This document shows, piece by piece, positions 25,589-38,400 of a stretch of 64,000 nucleotides of DNA (within the stretch, counting starts at the first letter, position 1; the number at the start of each line of letters is the position of its first letter). The notes below the pieces were generated by a model, which saw only the letters and a program-made list of their open reading frames with translations, searched no databases and was not told the origin of the DNA. The stretch lies in NCBI GenBank assembly GCA_050613775.1, contig JBODTK010000014.1, positions 558,001-622,000 on the forward strand. Direction: 5' to 3'. The position numbers and the translations under genes are program-made. The stretch is from Neocallimastix sp. 'constans'. Taxonomy: Eukaryota.

Positions 25589-28088
25589 TTTTTGATATAA
25601 AACAAATATGTGTAGCAACATATTTGTATATTTAATAATAATTATTAAATATTAAATTTATATCATTTGTCAATAATAATATTTGAAATAATTTCTTATT
25701 CATATATTATTCATCATTCATATATATATTATTCATTATAATATGAAATATATCAAATATATTAAATTAAATAGTTAATTTCTTCTAAATATATATAATA
25801 AGAATATTATTATATATATAACTTAAATATTCTTATTTATTTTAAAGTTTATATTAAAAATACATAATTCTTCTATATATTATAATATAATGAAATAATT
25901 TTCGTTATTTTAATTATAATTAAATATATATATAGTTGATATTATTATATTCATATTTATAATATAATTATATTCTTATATATTTAACTTTATTATTCTT
26001 ATTTTCATTTTTAAGAATTATGTAGTTATATTTATTGTATTTATTATTTTTAATATATAATAAATATATATTAATAACTATTCTTCTTTATTCTAATTTA
26101 GAGAAGACCCTTGGTTAATTGGGTTTTGTGAATTAAAATATATTAATAAAGGTTAATTAAATATAATGATACTATTAAAAATTAGTAACACATAAAAGTC
26201 CTGCATATCATATACTGTATCATGTTATTTTTAGATCATTTTATAAATCATATGATAATTAATCAAGTGATTAATTGATTTATTTTATGTAATTATTAAT
26301 AAAATAATTTATTAATTATTAAAGTTTTTATTTTTATTTTATATCATATTAAAGTATTACATTATTAAATCAAAATATTAATTAATATATTAATCAAATT
26401 TATAACTAATTCTATAATTATTTTAATGTTTTAAAATTTATTATTTAATTTAATTAATATTAATAATCTTTTATTTTTAATAATTATTTATAGTTTTATT
26501 TATTTATTAATTCCGTAACAACAATGATACGAGATTATTAAAAGTATCAGTATTAGGTTGAGCAAGTTGCTTAATTATAAAATAATATATTATAATAGAA
26601 GAATATAATAATAAACTCACACTAATAAAATAAATAAAAAACAATGATAATAATTTGTTTGTCTTAATTTAATATTTTATTTTATTTTATATTTAAGCAA
26701 AAGTCAATATATTATTTTAGATATATTAATTATTAATTCTATTAAAATTTATATTAGTTAATTCCTCTAAATAACTTATTATTTACTTTATAACTATAAT
26801 TATAATAATATTAAGTTTTCTCTCCTTAATAATATTTTTAGTTATCTCTCTAACTCCCTTCTTAATTTATTATTTATTTTCTTCATTTTAAACTTCAATA
26901 CTTCTCTTAATTCTATTCTACTGGTCAGTTTATCTTATTTAATTTTATTAATATTTATTATTTGTACAATCTAATTTATTTATATGTATTAAATCATTTA
27001 TCAATTGTTATAACTTATTTTTACTTTTATTTCTATGTTATTTATAAGCATCGTATTATAACAGATACATGGTTAAACGTTACCTGTCTAATGATATCAT
27101 TGTGGTAACGTAATATATCTTAAAACAGTTAACAATTCCAGCTAATCAAATAAAATCTTAGCTTAGTTTTGTACAATAAATGTACAATTATTTTATTATT
27201 TTTATTATTAATTTCTATATTTAGTTAAATTTATTTATAGTTAGTTTTATAATAAATGATATGTAAGTTTAAATAAAATAATATTATAATCAATCATTAA
27301 AATAATCTCTTGTATAAATATAACATGTAATTGTAAGTTAACGCACTAGCGATAATATTAAGTTAAATTGTTGTATCAAATTATATAATATTAAATAAAT
27401 AAAAATTAATTATTTTAAAATATAAATAAAATACTTAGTGTAAACCTAGCCAACTAATTACAGATAGAGTAAATCAGCGCTTCACTATATAATTTAAGTG
27501 TTAGGAAATGACTATTTAAATATTAATATTAGTGTTTTGTACAACAACTCGAATAGAGAGATGCCAAATTATCTTAGCCTTTAATTATTTATTATTCGTT
27601 GTTTTAGTTTATATTTAACCTAACCTTTTTAAAGTGTAATGGTTTGATTGGAATATTCAATTTTTAATAATTTATAAATAATTTTTATTTTTATTATCGT
27701 TATTAATAATTTTCTTTATTTTGTTATTTTGTTCACTTTTTATATACATTATTCAATTTAAACTTTTATATTTTAATTAAAATTGTTTTAAATATAATTA
27801 AGAATTTTTAACTATTAAATAGTACTATATAATTGTTTAATTGTTAAAAATAAATTATCAATTAAAAATAAATTTGAATAATAATTTAAATATGATAATA
27901 CTAAAAATTATTTGATTAAAAAATATAATTATATAATTTTAATATTTTAATTTATTCTTATATTAATGTTTGTTTAATAACATATTTTAATTTATAAAAG
28001 TTATTTAAATATTTATTTATTAAATAAATTAAATTCAGCATAATTTAATAATTTATATAATTTAATATAATTTAATATTTATTGAAAT

Positions 28089-30355
28089 TGATAAAGTACT
28101 CCTAGGTTCAAGTTCTCTTGTTGGGAGAAGTTTTATTTAGGTGTACTTTATCAATTGGAGGAGATATCGGTTCTCATAGAGGAGAAGAAGAATATAATTA
28201 TTTTCAATAATTATTTTAAAAAAAATTTTAATAATAATTTTATAAAAACAAATGATTTCTAATTTTCTTAAAAACAGATATTTCAAAAATTTAAAAATTA
28301 ATTTTAAAAAAAAATTAATTTTATAATAAAATTTTTTTTATTAAACTAAATAGTATTTTATATATAAATATATCCTAATATATATTTATATAACTTTATA
28401 ACAAAATTGATTAAATCGTATTATATATATAAATTTATTGTATAATATATTTATATAATTTTATTAAAAGAATTGATTATATAATATTAGTAAAAGAGTT
28501 GATTATATCTTATATATATGAATATATTTTAATATATATTTATATTATAAAAAAAATTTTTTTTTTAATTATTATTTTATTTTCTAATAATAATAGTTAT
28601 TTTATAAATTAATAATTATGTTAATTTTTATATTTTAATTAAAAATAAAATATATATATAATTATATATATAATATGAATAATAATTCAGGGAGAAGGAT
28701 AACTCCCTATAACCAAACCAACACTTATTATAACGAAGAAAAAATATTTCAAAAATATTTGGAGAAAATTATAGCTGAGATTTATCCAAATAAAGAAGAC
28801 TTTGAAGCTAAAGAATTTGTTAACATTCTAAGATTAATTGGGAAAAAAGGAATAATGAAAATAAAAGGCTACAAGGATGAGGATTCATTAGAAATGCTAA
28901 TCAATTTCTATGAATCCGAATTACAATATATATCATTAACTGATATATGTACTACAATTTCCTCATTCATTCCAGAGGAAAGAAAAAATTTCTTTATGGA
29001 TAATTTTAATAATAATCACTATAATATTTCAAAGAATAATGAAAAGAATAATGAAAAGAACAACGAAAAGAATAATATCGGAGTTGATCAAGTTAATAAA
29101 AGTAATAATGAAAAATATAATAATGAAATTAAAAATATTAAAATTAAAATTAATAAAGACAATAAAGCTAATGAAGAGATTATAAATAAAAATAGTGTTG
29201 ATAATAATAAAATTGTTATTAATAAAATTAATATTAATAATAATAATATTAAAGATAATGAAAATATTAAAATTAGTAATTATAGTTCTGAAAATAACAA
29301 GGATAAAAAGCCTAATTTGACAAACAATAAAATTAATAAAAAGAATAAAATTATTAAGATTTATAGCGGAAATAATTTTGAAAATAACAATAATAAAAAT
29401 CAATTTATGAAAAACAGTAAAACCAATATTAATGACAATAATATTTTTAATCTTAAAATTATTGATATTAAAAGTTTAAACATTAAATTAAAAATAATAT
29501 GGATGATAAGAAATTATAAATATCGGAAAAAAAATTATAAATGTTATTAACAAAAGAATTATTATATATATAAAAAAAAATTTTTATTATTGTCATTTAA
29601 TTAAAAAAAAAAAAAAAAATAAAAAAATTTTTTTATTCAGTAATTAATTTTTAATATATTCAAATTTAAATATTTAACTCAGTTTAACAAAAAAAAAAAA
29701 AAATTAAAAAAAAAAAAAAAATACGTAAAAATATAATAAAATTTAATTCAACAACTATACCATAGTTGTAACTAAAGAAGGGACGAATGATATGAAAATA
29801 AAAATCTTAATTATTAATAAATTATTTTATTAATAATTACATATAAATAAATTAATAAATCACTTAATTATCATTTGATTTATAAAATGATCTAAAAATA
29901 ACGTGATATAAGATAAATTTATGTAACAACATAAATTCTAGAAAATACATAAAATTAATGCAAATATAAAATTTATAACATAAATTTTATGTTATGTAAA
30001 TATGTATATAATTTATAAATGAATTAAGTTTTTTATTTCATTTTAATTATTTTATTTTATTATATTTTAATTATTTTTAATAATTATTATTTTATTTTAA
30101 TATTTTATATTTTATTTTTAAAATAAAATAAAATAAAATAAAATAAATAGTTGAAAGATAAAATAAAATAAAATAAAATAAAATAAAATAAAATAAATAG
30201 TTGAGCGATAAAATAAAAAGATAATAATTAAATACATGTATTAATTAATTTTATTTTTATTTTTAAATAATAAATAAATAAAAATTTATAATTAAATAAC
30301 AACTTAAATAAAACTTCTCCAAACAAGAGAGCTTGAACCTAGGCGTACTTTATCA
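28089..30355 (+). mobile_element. Non-autonomous LTR element (family F) with a collapsed/inverted 5' LTR
   Basis: LTR end at 28153, PBS TGGAGGAGATATCGG, ORF, PPT AAAGAAGGGACGAA, 3' LTR 29788-30355 (TGATA...TATCA); AAAT on both flanks. Confidence 0.8.
28675..29550 (+). CDS. Orphan ORF in the gag position: ~110-aa globular N-terminus plus an Asn/Lys-rich tail
   Basis: 291-aa ORF between PBS and PPT; no motif I recognise. Confidence 0.5.
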   Translation: MNNNSGRRITPYNQTNTYYNEEKIFQKYLEKIIAEIYPNKEDFEAKEFVNILRLIGKKGIMKIKGYKDEDSLEMLINFYESELQYISLTDICTTISSFIPEERKNFFMDNFNNNHYNISKNNEKNNEKNNEKNNIGVDQVNKSNNEKYNNEIKNIKIKINKDNKANEEIINKNSVDNNKIVINKININNNNIKDNENIKISNYSSENNKDKKPNLTNNKINKKNKIIKIYSGNNFENNNNKNQFMKNSKTNINDNNIFNLKIIDIKSLNIKLKIIWMIRNYKYRKKNYKCY

Positions 30356-31459
30356 AAATTTAATTAATATTAAATATAAATTAATCTAAATTAATTAAAA
30401 CTATAATTAATAAAGGTTAAACTCTTTAAGTTTAGAAAATCAATTCTTTAGGTTTATTCTCTACCACACATGAGATAAATAATAACTATAATTATATTAT
30501 TAAAAATTTATATATAATATTTTTAATTATGAAAATTTATGAAATAAATAGTAAATTATTTTACTAGCATTATATATAAATTATTAATAATTCTTAGTAT
30601 TTTGTTGTTATTTCTATGGATATTTTATTATAAAATTATTATTATATCCAATCAGTAATAAAAATATATTATTATTAATATTATATTTTTATTACTGATT
30701 GGATAATATTATTACAATTTTAAAATATAAAAATAATTTTAAACAATATTGTTAATCTCTATTGAATAAAATATATTTTTAATAAAATGAATATAAATAA
30801 AATTTTATATATTTAAAAAGTATAAACAATTTTTTATATGAAATTAAATTATAAAATAAGTTCATTTATTTTCGAAATTTATTTCATGTTTTAGAATAAA
30901 TTATATAAATAAAGATTAACAAAAAAAATGTAAGCTGCTAAAAGCGGAAAAGGGAAACGGCTTAAGAAACGAAATTCATCGAAGGAGTAGTTAGCGGTAT
31001 TATTGGTTGGTTTGATTAGATAAATCGTAATTCTAATATCAATGCTACCATGCAAGTTTTGGATCAAGGTAATATTCTTTAATTGAATCCTAAAATTAAT
31101 TTTTACTTCAAATTATAGTATAATTCAATTCCAAAAAATAAAAAAAGTAAAAATAAAAAAAAATAAAACCAAATTATCAAAAAAAAAAAAAGAAAAATAA
31201 TTAAGAGCTCTTAAAAAATTAAATATAAATTATACATTCTATATTTTTTTCCATTATATCAATAAAAAATAAAAAAAAATGATAAGTAAAATTTTAAAAT
31301 AAAAATTTTAAATTAATAAAAATTAAATATATAAATAAATGTATTAAAATATAAATTTAAAATTGAATTACTAAAAAAAATAACATTAAAAAAATTAATA
31401 ATAAAATCAAAGATTTGAATCAATTTTATAAAAAATTCCATAATTAAGTATATTTTAAA

Positions 31460-32008
31460 CTTTTTTTTTAACGATCGTAGCAGGATTTCTCCCCAACTGC
31501 ACATCCGTAGACACACAATGGTTTATTACTGGAGCCCTTATCTAACTTCCTACTTAGTAGGTGGTACTGTCTCTGCTGGACTGCCTTACAGCATTTGCAT
31601 TTGCGCTCCTAACCCAAGTATTATTACTGCTTATCATTGTACGATAATCTTACAATTGGGTCTTAAAGCCACAATCTAGTGGTCACGTGACAACCTGCTT
31701 TATAAAATGCAAATAATTATCCTATAAGTAAAGATAATTAAATTTTTCATATGTCACCATATGTTTATTATCTCCTCTTAAGAAACTTTCCATACACACT
31801 CAACCCTCTCAGGCCTGTAAGAAGTGTAAATCGATGAAAGTAGAATTAGAGATATAGGGGTATCAAATGGGTATAATACTTACCTGAAACTCCTAACCAC
31901 CTAATAACTAAAAACCAGTGGAAAAAACGTTACAAGTATAGGGCGGGGTCGAACCAGGAACCTTACGCTCTCAAGGCTTACGGATTAACAGAAAGGATAA
32001 AACCTGGA
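31460..32008 (-). mobile_element. Second, older tRNA-derived SINE-like element (SINE-2)
   Basis: B box GGTTCGACCC and a degenerate cloverleaf at the 5' end, A9 tail at 31461-31469, flanking repeat TATATTTTAAA (31449-59 and 32012-22). Confidence 0.65.
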
Positions 32009-32070
32009 AAATATATTTTAAAATGTTACGGAACTAATAAATATTTAAAACTAGAATTAAATATTAAATA

Positions 32071-33262
32071 TGTTACGAATACTAGTGGATTTGAAGTTAA
32101 AATTCACTATTAGATCAATTGAAATTTAATTTAGTTATTGACAAAAAATTATTTTAATTCGATTTTAATTATAAAAATAAATATTAGAAACATTAAAGAA
32201 TTAGAAACCAAAGGGTTTGGACTTATTTATTAAAGATAATTTAATTTATTTTAACCCTTAAGAATTTAATAAAAATAACTTGAAGAAAAACAACGACAAC
32301 ACGACAAATAATGGAAATATTATATTGATATTCCCACTAAAATTATATTCATTTGAAAGCTACTGACGAGAACTACAACATATGTTAAAATCAACCTTAT
32401 TGGACAACTAGATAACGAGATATTGGACTTTAAAGATATTGAGTGTAAAAAATAATTTAATTATTTAAGACCTTAAATTATTAATTAAGAATTCTATATT
32501 AGATAAAATCTCTTAACTTGGAAATTAAATTATTAATTTTTATTATTAATTAAAAATACAGAATTAGTTATTAGTAATAATTTTATAATATTTTAAATAA
32601 GTTTAAAAGTTTTATATATTTTATTATTATATATTTTATTCAATTATTTTCTAAAAGATTCTAAGGAATTCTTTATCATTCTAAAGATTTCCGAAAGAGA
32701 ATTTTTAATTAGTTTTAATATTTTATTTTATTTTATATTTTCTTATTATAAATTAGTTTTTTTATTAAATCGTTTTATGAATAATTATATAGTTATTGTA
32801 TTAAAAGATTCTTATCAATATTATTTTATTATTATATTTTATATAGTTAATATGCATGTATGAATATATTAAGATTAAAATGTATTAATTATATTGTTAA
32901 TTATTATTTTAGTTTAGTATATAAAAAGGATTTGAAATTCCATATTTTGAATTCTTTGTAAGATTATTAACTTAATAACTTTTAACCTATTAACTTAGTT
33001 AATGAATTAATTATAACAATAAATATTTTTTTATATTAATCTTATTTAAAATTTATTATTAAAATATATATTAAATAAAGTTCTAATAAAATATAAATCT
33101 TAAATATTGAAATCTTAATTATAAAACTCTGTGTGTGAAATTTATTATTTAAATTTAATTAAATTGTTATAATTAATAAAAACATCTTGACCTGACCAAT
33201 TTAACCCAAACTAGGAAAGATTTAACTATAATTTTACCTACCTACCTACAAAAAACTTTACA
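32071..33262 (+). mobile_element. Solo LTR family C
   Basis: TGTTACGAATAC...TTTACA with TSD AAATA; inserted in a D-family LTR end starting at 32024. Confidence 0.9.
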
Positions 33263-33268
33263 AAATAT

Positions 33269-33781
33269 TGTCACCAATACTAGTGGATTTGAGATTAAAA
33301 TTCACTATTAGATCAATTGAAATTTAATATAAACTATTTTATTTTTATTATTTAAACTAATTTTATTTTATTATTTAGATTAATTAACTTAATTTGAACT
33401 ATCTAAAATTTATTATTTAAACTTGAATGACAAAAGAATAATATAATAATAAAGTTGTAAGAAAAAGAGAGAGAGAACTAAAGTATTGTAGTACTTTGTT
33501 CTTTTTATACAATTAAAATAGTTATTTGATTGGATTAGATTTAATAATAAAAATTTAATAATAAAAATTTAATAGTAAAAATTTAATAATAAAAATTTAA
33601 TAAAAATATAAAACTATTAAAATATTATTAAATATTACAATATTAAATAAAAATAATAATTAATACATTTATCAAATTTATTATAACTAATTTTATTATT
33701 TTAATATTTTAATATTTAATTTAATTAATAATATTTTTTCATAATTATTTCTAATTTTAAATTTTTAATAGTTCCGTAACA
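33269..33781 (+). mobile_element. Chimeric LTR: ~60 bp of a family C start fused to the right half of family D
   Basis: TGTCACCAATACTAGTGG... then sequence matching ~49057-49550, ending GTTCCGTAACA. Confidence 0.7.
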
Positions 33782-33968
33782 AATGGTAGACTAGGGGTTG
33801 AGGGTTTAGAGATATTTAAAATCAAGCAGAGGGGAACAGGATTGCCCTACATTGATTTTAAAAAAAAATTCTTTTAAAACTCTTTTTTTAATATTTATTA
33901 TTTAATATTTTAAAATTATTTTTATTCCTACACATTTTTATTAAGAATTTTAGTATTGGCAATATCTT

Positions 33969-34733
33969 TATAAAGTTTTGGTAAAAAAATAGATTATAAA
34001 TCAACACTTCAATAATAACACTAAAACACAAAATAATAGTTTTAAAGAACAAGTTTTAATTTTTTAAATATTAAAATCTTTATTTATTTTAAAGTGTTAT
34101 TAACAAGAAATCGTTAATAACAATTACATCGATTAAAATACATGAAATTTGATAACTATTTATATTTTTATCTTATTACATTTATAATATATAATTCCTA
34201 TTGAATTATATTATCTAGCTATTTATTTAAAAACAATACTAACCTAAACTAATAATAAATAATTAACTATTACTAAATAAAGAGAATTATAATTAATAAC
34301 TAAAATAAATATAATCAATTCTAATTGAGTTCATTTATTATTTATTTATTATTTAAATATTATTAGTAAATTTATTATATATTTTCTATTTAAAAATAAT
34401 ATAAAAGTTGTCATAATTATTTAATATAAATTTAGCATAAAATGCCGTAAGTTTCAACATGACTAATTGCATAGTTTCATGTTGTTAATTTATCTTGTGA
34501 AAAACCTTAACTCTTATTATTTAAATTAAATTACATAAAAAGAAATGATTTTCAAATACTAGTTTCACAAGAGAAATTTTTAATTTATTAGTATGATTGG
34601 GAAAAAATCGAAATTATGTTAAAAATATTTTCAATAATTTTATACACGTGATTTCAAATAAATTTATTTTAATTTTACTTAAATTTATGATTAAATTTAA
34701 TTAAAATTATTTAAAGATATTAATATCTTTACA
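33969..34733 (-). mobile_element. Solo LTR family I, inside an E-like LTR fragment starting at 33784
   Basis: TSD ATCTT; similar to 13791-14514. Confidence 0.75.
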
Positions 34734-34744
34734 ATCTTTGATTA

Positions 34745-35310
34745 CATTTTTTTATATTCTTCAGTAATATTATACTTTATGAAAATATCTTTTTCTGAAT
34801 AGTTTAATCCTTCATTAAACCAGTTTACTACTTCTTTATTATTTAAATTAGAGTCAAGATAAAAATCAACAGTTTTATCAAAATCTAAAATAGCGTTTAA
34901 ATAGTTTTCGATATCTTCAGTTATACTTGAAACATTATTTATAATTTTATTTATAATTATTATAAGTATGAAGAAAGAAGTGGAATAATTTTTTTTTTTT
35001 TTTTTTTTTTAACTAATTTTAATTATTACTATAAACTTATTTAAAATAATATATATAATATTGCAGTAAAGAGCTCACTAGTCCAATTACTATATGGGTT
35101 ATACTTAGCCCGGAAACCTAAATCCAAAGGCTTTTTATTATATATATTAATTTTTAAATTTTACAATAATTTTTTTTATCTATATATATATAAATATTTT
35201 AAACTTTAAATAACTTGTTTCTGTATTTTTATAACTATTCTAAATATTTTTAATTCTAAATGTCTTATTCGATGATAGTTACTATGAAATTCCCCGATAT
35301 CTCCACTACT
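34745..35310 (-). mobile_element. Remnant of another tRNA-Ala-primed element (PBS plus gag-like fragment)
   Basis: PBS rc TCCCCGATATCTCCACTA at 35291-35308; minus-strand peptide EDIENYLNAILDFDKTVDFYLDSNLNNKEVVNWFNEGL. Confidence 0.55.
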
Positions 35311-35439
35311 TTTAATGATTTGGTTCAGGGAAATACTAATAACTATGAATAAGACATGAACTTATGGAAACACTACTTTATTTTTTTAATTATTTTATTT
35401 ATTTATTTATTTATATATTTTATTTAACTATTTATTTAT

Positions 35440-38400
35440 TAATTCCTCCTTAAGTATATCCGACTTAAATTTCACCAATCTATAACACCTTTGCTTAACT
35501 GGTTTCGCACCAGGAATTAAATTAATCTTATGTGGAGGAAGATCAGAAGGTGTTAATTCTTCTGAAGAGGTAGCAACTATTTCTAAGTTCTCCTCCAGAA
35601 TTTTAATTATTTCATTTTTATATTTTTCATTTAAAGTATTTAGGAAAATTTCATTATAAATATATTGTGTAAAAATAAGAAAAAAGAAATTAAAATAAAA
35701 TTTGAAATTACTTTTATTGAAATTAGTAACTTCACAATTAGAAAATAATAAATAAGAAATTATAATAAATTAAAACTTTAAAATAAAATATTCGTTTAAA
35801 AACGAATATATTAAATTAATAAAATAAATAAATAAAGTTAATAAAAAATGGGCTTTGACTTTAAAAGTCCATAACTCCCCAAATCGCCGCGATAAAGGGT
35901 TAAAAATAGGCGAAGAGAAAAATAATTTCGTTATCATACGAGGTCTCAAAGCCTCCTAGATGTCGAGATATTTACATTTAAAGTTTAAGGGTGCTTATTA
36001 AAATTAACTAAAATTTTTTATAATTAATTTTATTATAATTTAATTATTAAAATATAAATAACATATATCAAATATAAAATATACAATTATTAGATTAGGA
36101 AATTAATTACAAAATAACTAGTATTTTATTTTTTATAATTATCTAGATAATATTAAAGAAAACTTAAAACAAAATAAACAAGGGATCCAATTTATTATTA
36201 AATAATTAAAAAAAATTTATTTAGATTAGGAATTAATAATAGAAATAAAATGTAAAAAATTATAAGGCATGTAAACATAGTTTAGGAAAAATATAAATAG
36301 TTTAGTTTTTATTTTAAATTAATCTTTGAAAAAGATTATTGACAAATTATCTCTGACAATTTATCTTTAATTGAAAATTTTATTATAGAAAAAAAAATAA
36401 AGACTTTCTATTTTATAAAAATTGTATTGTACTTTTTATTATTAAACTTTTATATCAATAAATAATAAATGAAATTATTTTAATTTTAAAAAAACAAAGT
36501 TTCTTTATTTTATATTAATTACGTGTTACCAAATAAAATTTATATGAATTATTTATTCGGATTATATTCTAATTAAATAATTTATTGATTCATAAAATAA
36601 TTATTTTGTTTTAATAATAAAAAAACCCTAACCAAATAACAAATAAAATACACAGCAAAAATTTTTCTAACCTAGTTATTCTAATCTTTAGTCTGTTTAA
36701 CCTTTCATACGTATCCCAATCAGACTAAGTCTCTTTACATATTGCTTTGGGGATAATCCTTCAATTTTCTTTAAATCATTCTTTTTAGAATCCTCCTCCA
36801 AAGCTTTAATCATACACAACAATTTTTCTTCATCTTCATAATCATTATTAATAGGTGTAATAACGTCAATTAATCCTTCAGGAGTAATTTGACACAAACT
36901 ATATAAAATGGGGTGGATAAACAAATTATAATCAATTTGGGTTTTTAAGTTAATTAGAATATCGTAAAGAGGATCCTCCTTTTCTACTATTCTACAATTA
37001 ACCATTAACACAAGATTATTAATCTTTACTGGCACCCGAATGATATAACTTTCCGAGTAATCATCATTCTGAGTCGCCAACCTAATTCTGCCACGACTAA
37101 TATCAATAGGTTCATATTCGGACGGAAGCTTATCTAAAAATTGCTGAATAATTATACTTAAATTACTACATGAATCAATTAAAGCCTTCCCCGAAACACC
37201 TTCAACTGTAACATCCACCATGACAATATCCTCTTCACATGATTCGTTACATTTACTTTTATAAGTGCGGTCTATATTATTAACGACCACAGTCGTAGCT
37301 GACACATTATCCAACACCCTAGAGATATTAGATTGGTCCCTATCCAATTTAATACCCTGTGACATCTTATATCTTAATTTTGGAGCAGCATCCAATAACT
37401 GTCCAAAAGTAATATTGCAATGGGCAGAATTTAAATCTTTAAGAATATCATATTCTTCTTCCCCCGATTGCATCTTAATTTTCCTAGATACCCTAGAACT
37501 TTTATTTTCTTTTTGAGTATCTTTATCTTTACTATTTAACACCTTTGTTAATTCAATTACTTTATTATTTTTTTCATAGAATTTTTATTATTATCATTAT
37601 TTTCTTTCATTAAATTTTTATTCTTTTCTTTATCATTATTTACATTATTTTTAATAACTTCATCATTCATTAATGAATTATTATTAATATTATCATTACT
37701 ATTATTATTACTAATTTTATTATTATTAGTAATACTATTACTAGCTCTTTTATTATCACGAATTTGTCTTTCAATCTCTTTTTCTTTTTCAATTCGTGGT
37801 TGAGCTAGAATAGATGGATTAATTTGTTTTACAATTTTATTACTTATATTATTTTCCTTTATTTCTCGTTCTTTCTGTTTTCGTAATGTAGGAGTTATTA
37901 TAGGTTTAGGATTCTCCTTTAACGATTTATGAATCCTTTTCTCCGCACTACCTTCATCATTATTAACATCATAAATTTTACGTTTAGATGCTCCTACTAA
38001 ATAATCAACTTTCTTTATGGTAACCACCCTTTTATTAGAAGGAGTTTCTTCAACATGAGAAAGACGAGAATTTTTAATTTCTTTTTGATATTTAATTGAA
38101 GCTGCTTTTTTAAGTATGGGAGAGCTTCTTATCCCATTACTCAATTTAAACGTTTATTGTTTTTAATTTCCTTTCTATTTTTCTCAACAATTGCTCTCAA
38201 CTTTGGGCAATTGTTTTGATAATTACCAGGTTCTGTACAGAAATAACAAGCCTTAATTGTCAAATTTCTCATTTTTCTTGTTAATTTCTCTATGTTATTA
38301 TCTTCTTTAGGTTTAATATTAACTTTTTGTTCAAACTTATTTCTTAAAGGAGGATGAAAATTAATTTTATTATTAAAAGAAGTATTTGCAGAAGGTGAAG

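Noticed and set aside
29029..29403. Hydrophobic I/F-rich 'membrane' ORFs (also 56134-56322, 8808-8999 and others)
   Set aside because: Antisense shadows of Asn/Lys/Asp-rich coding sequence.
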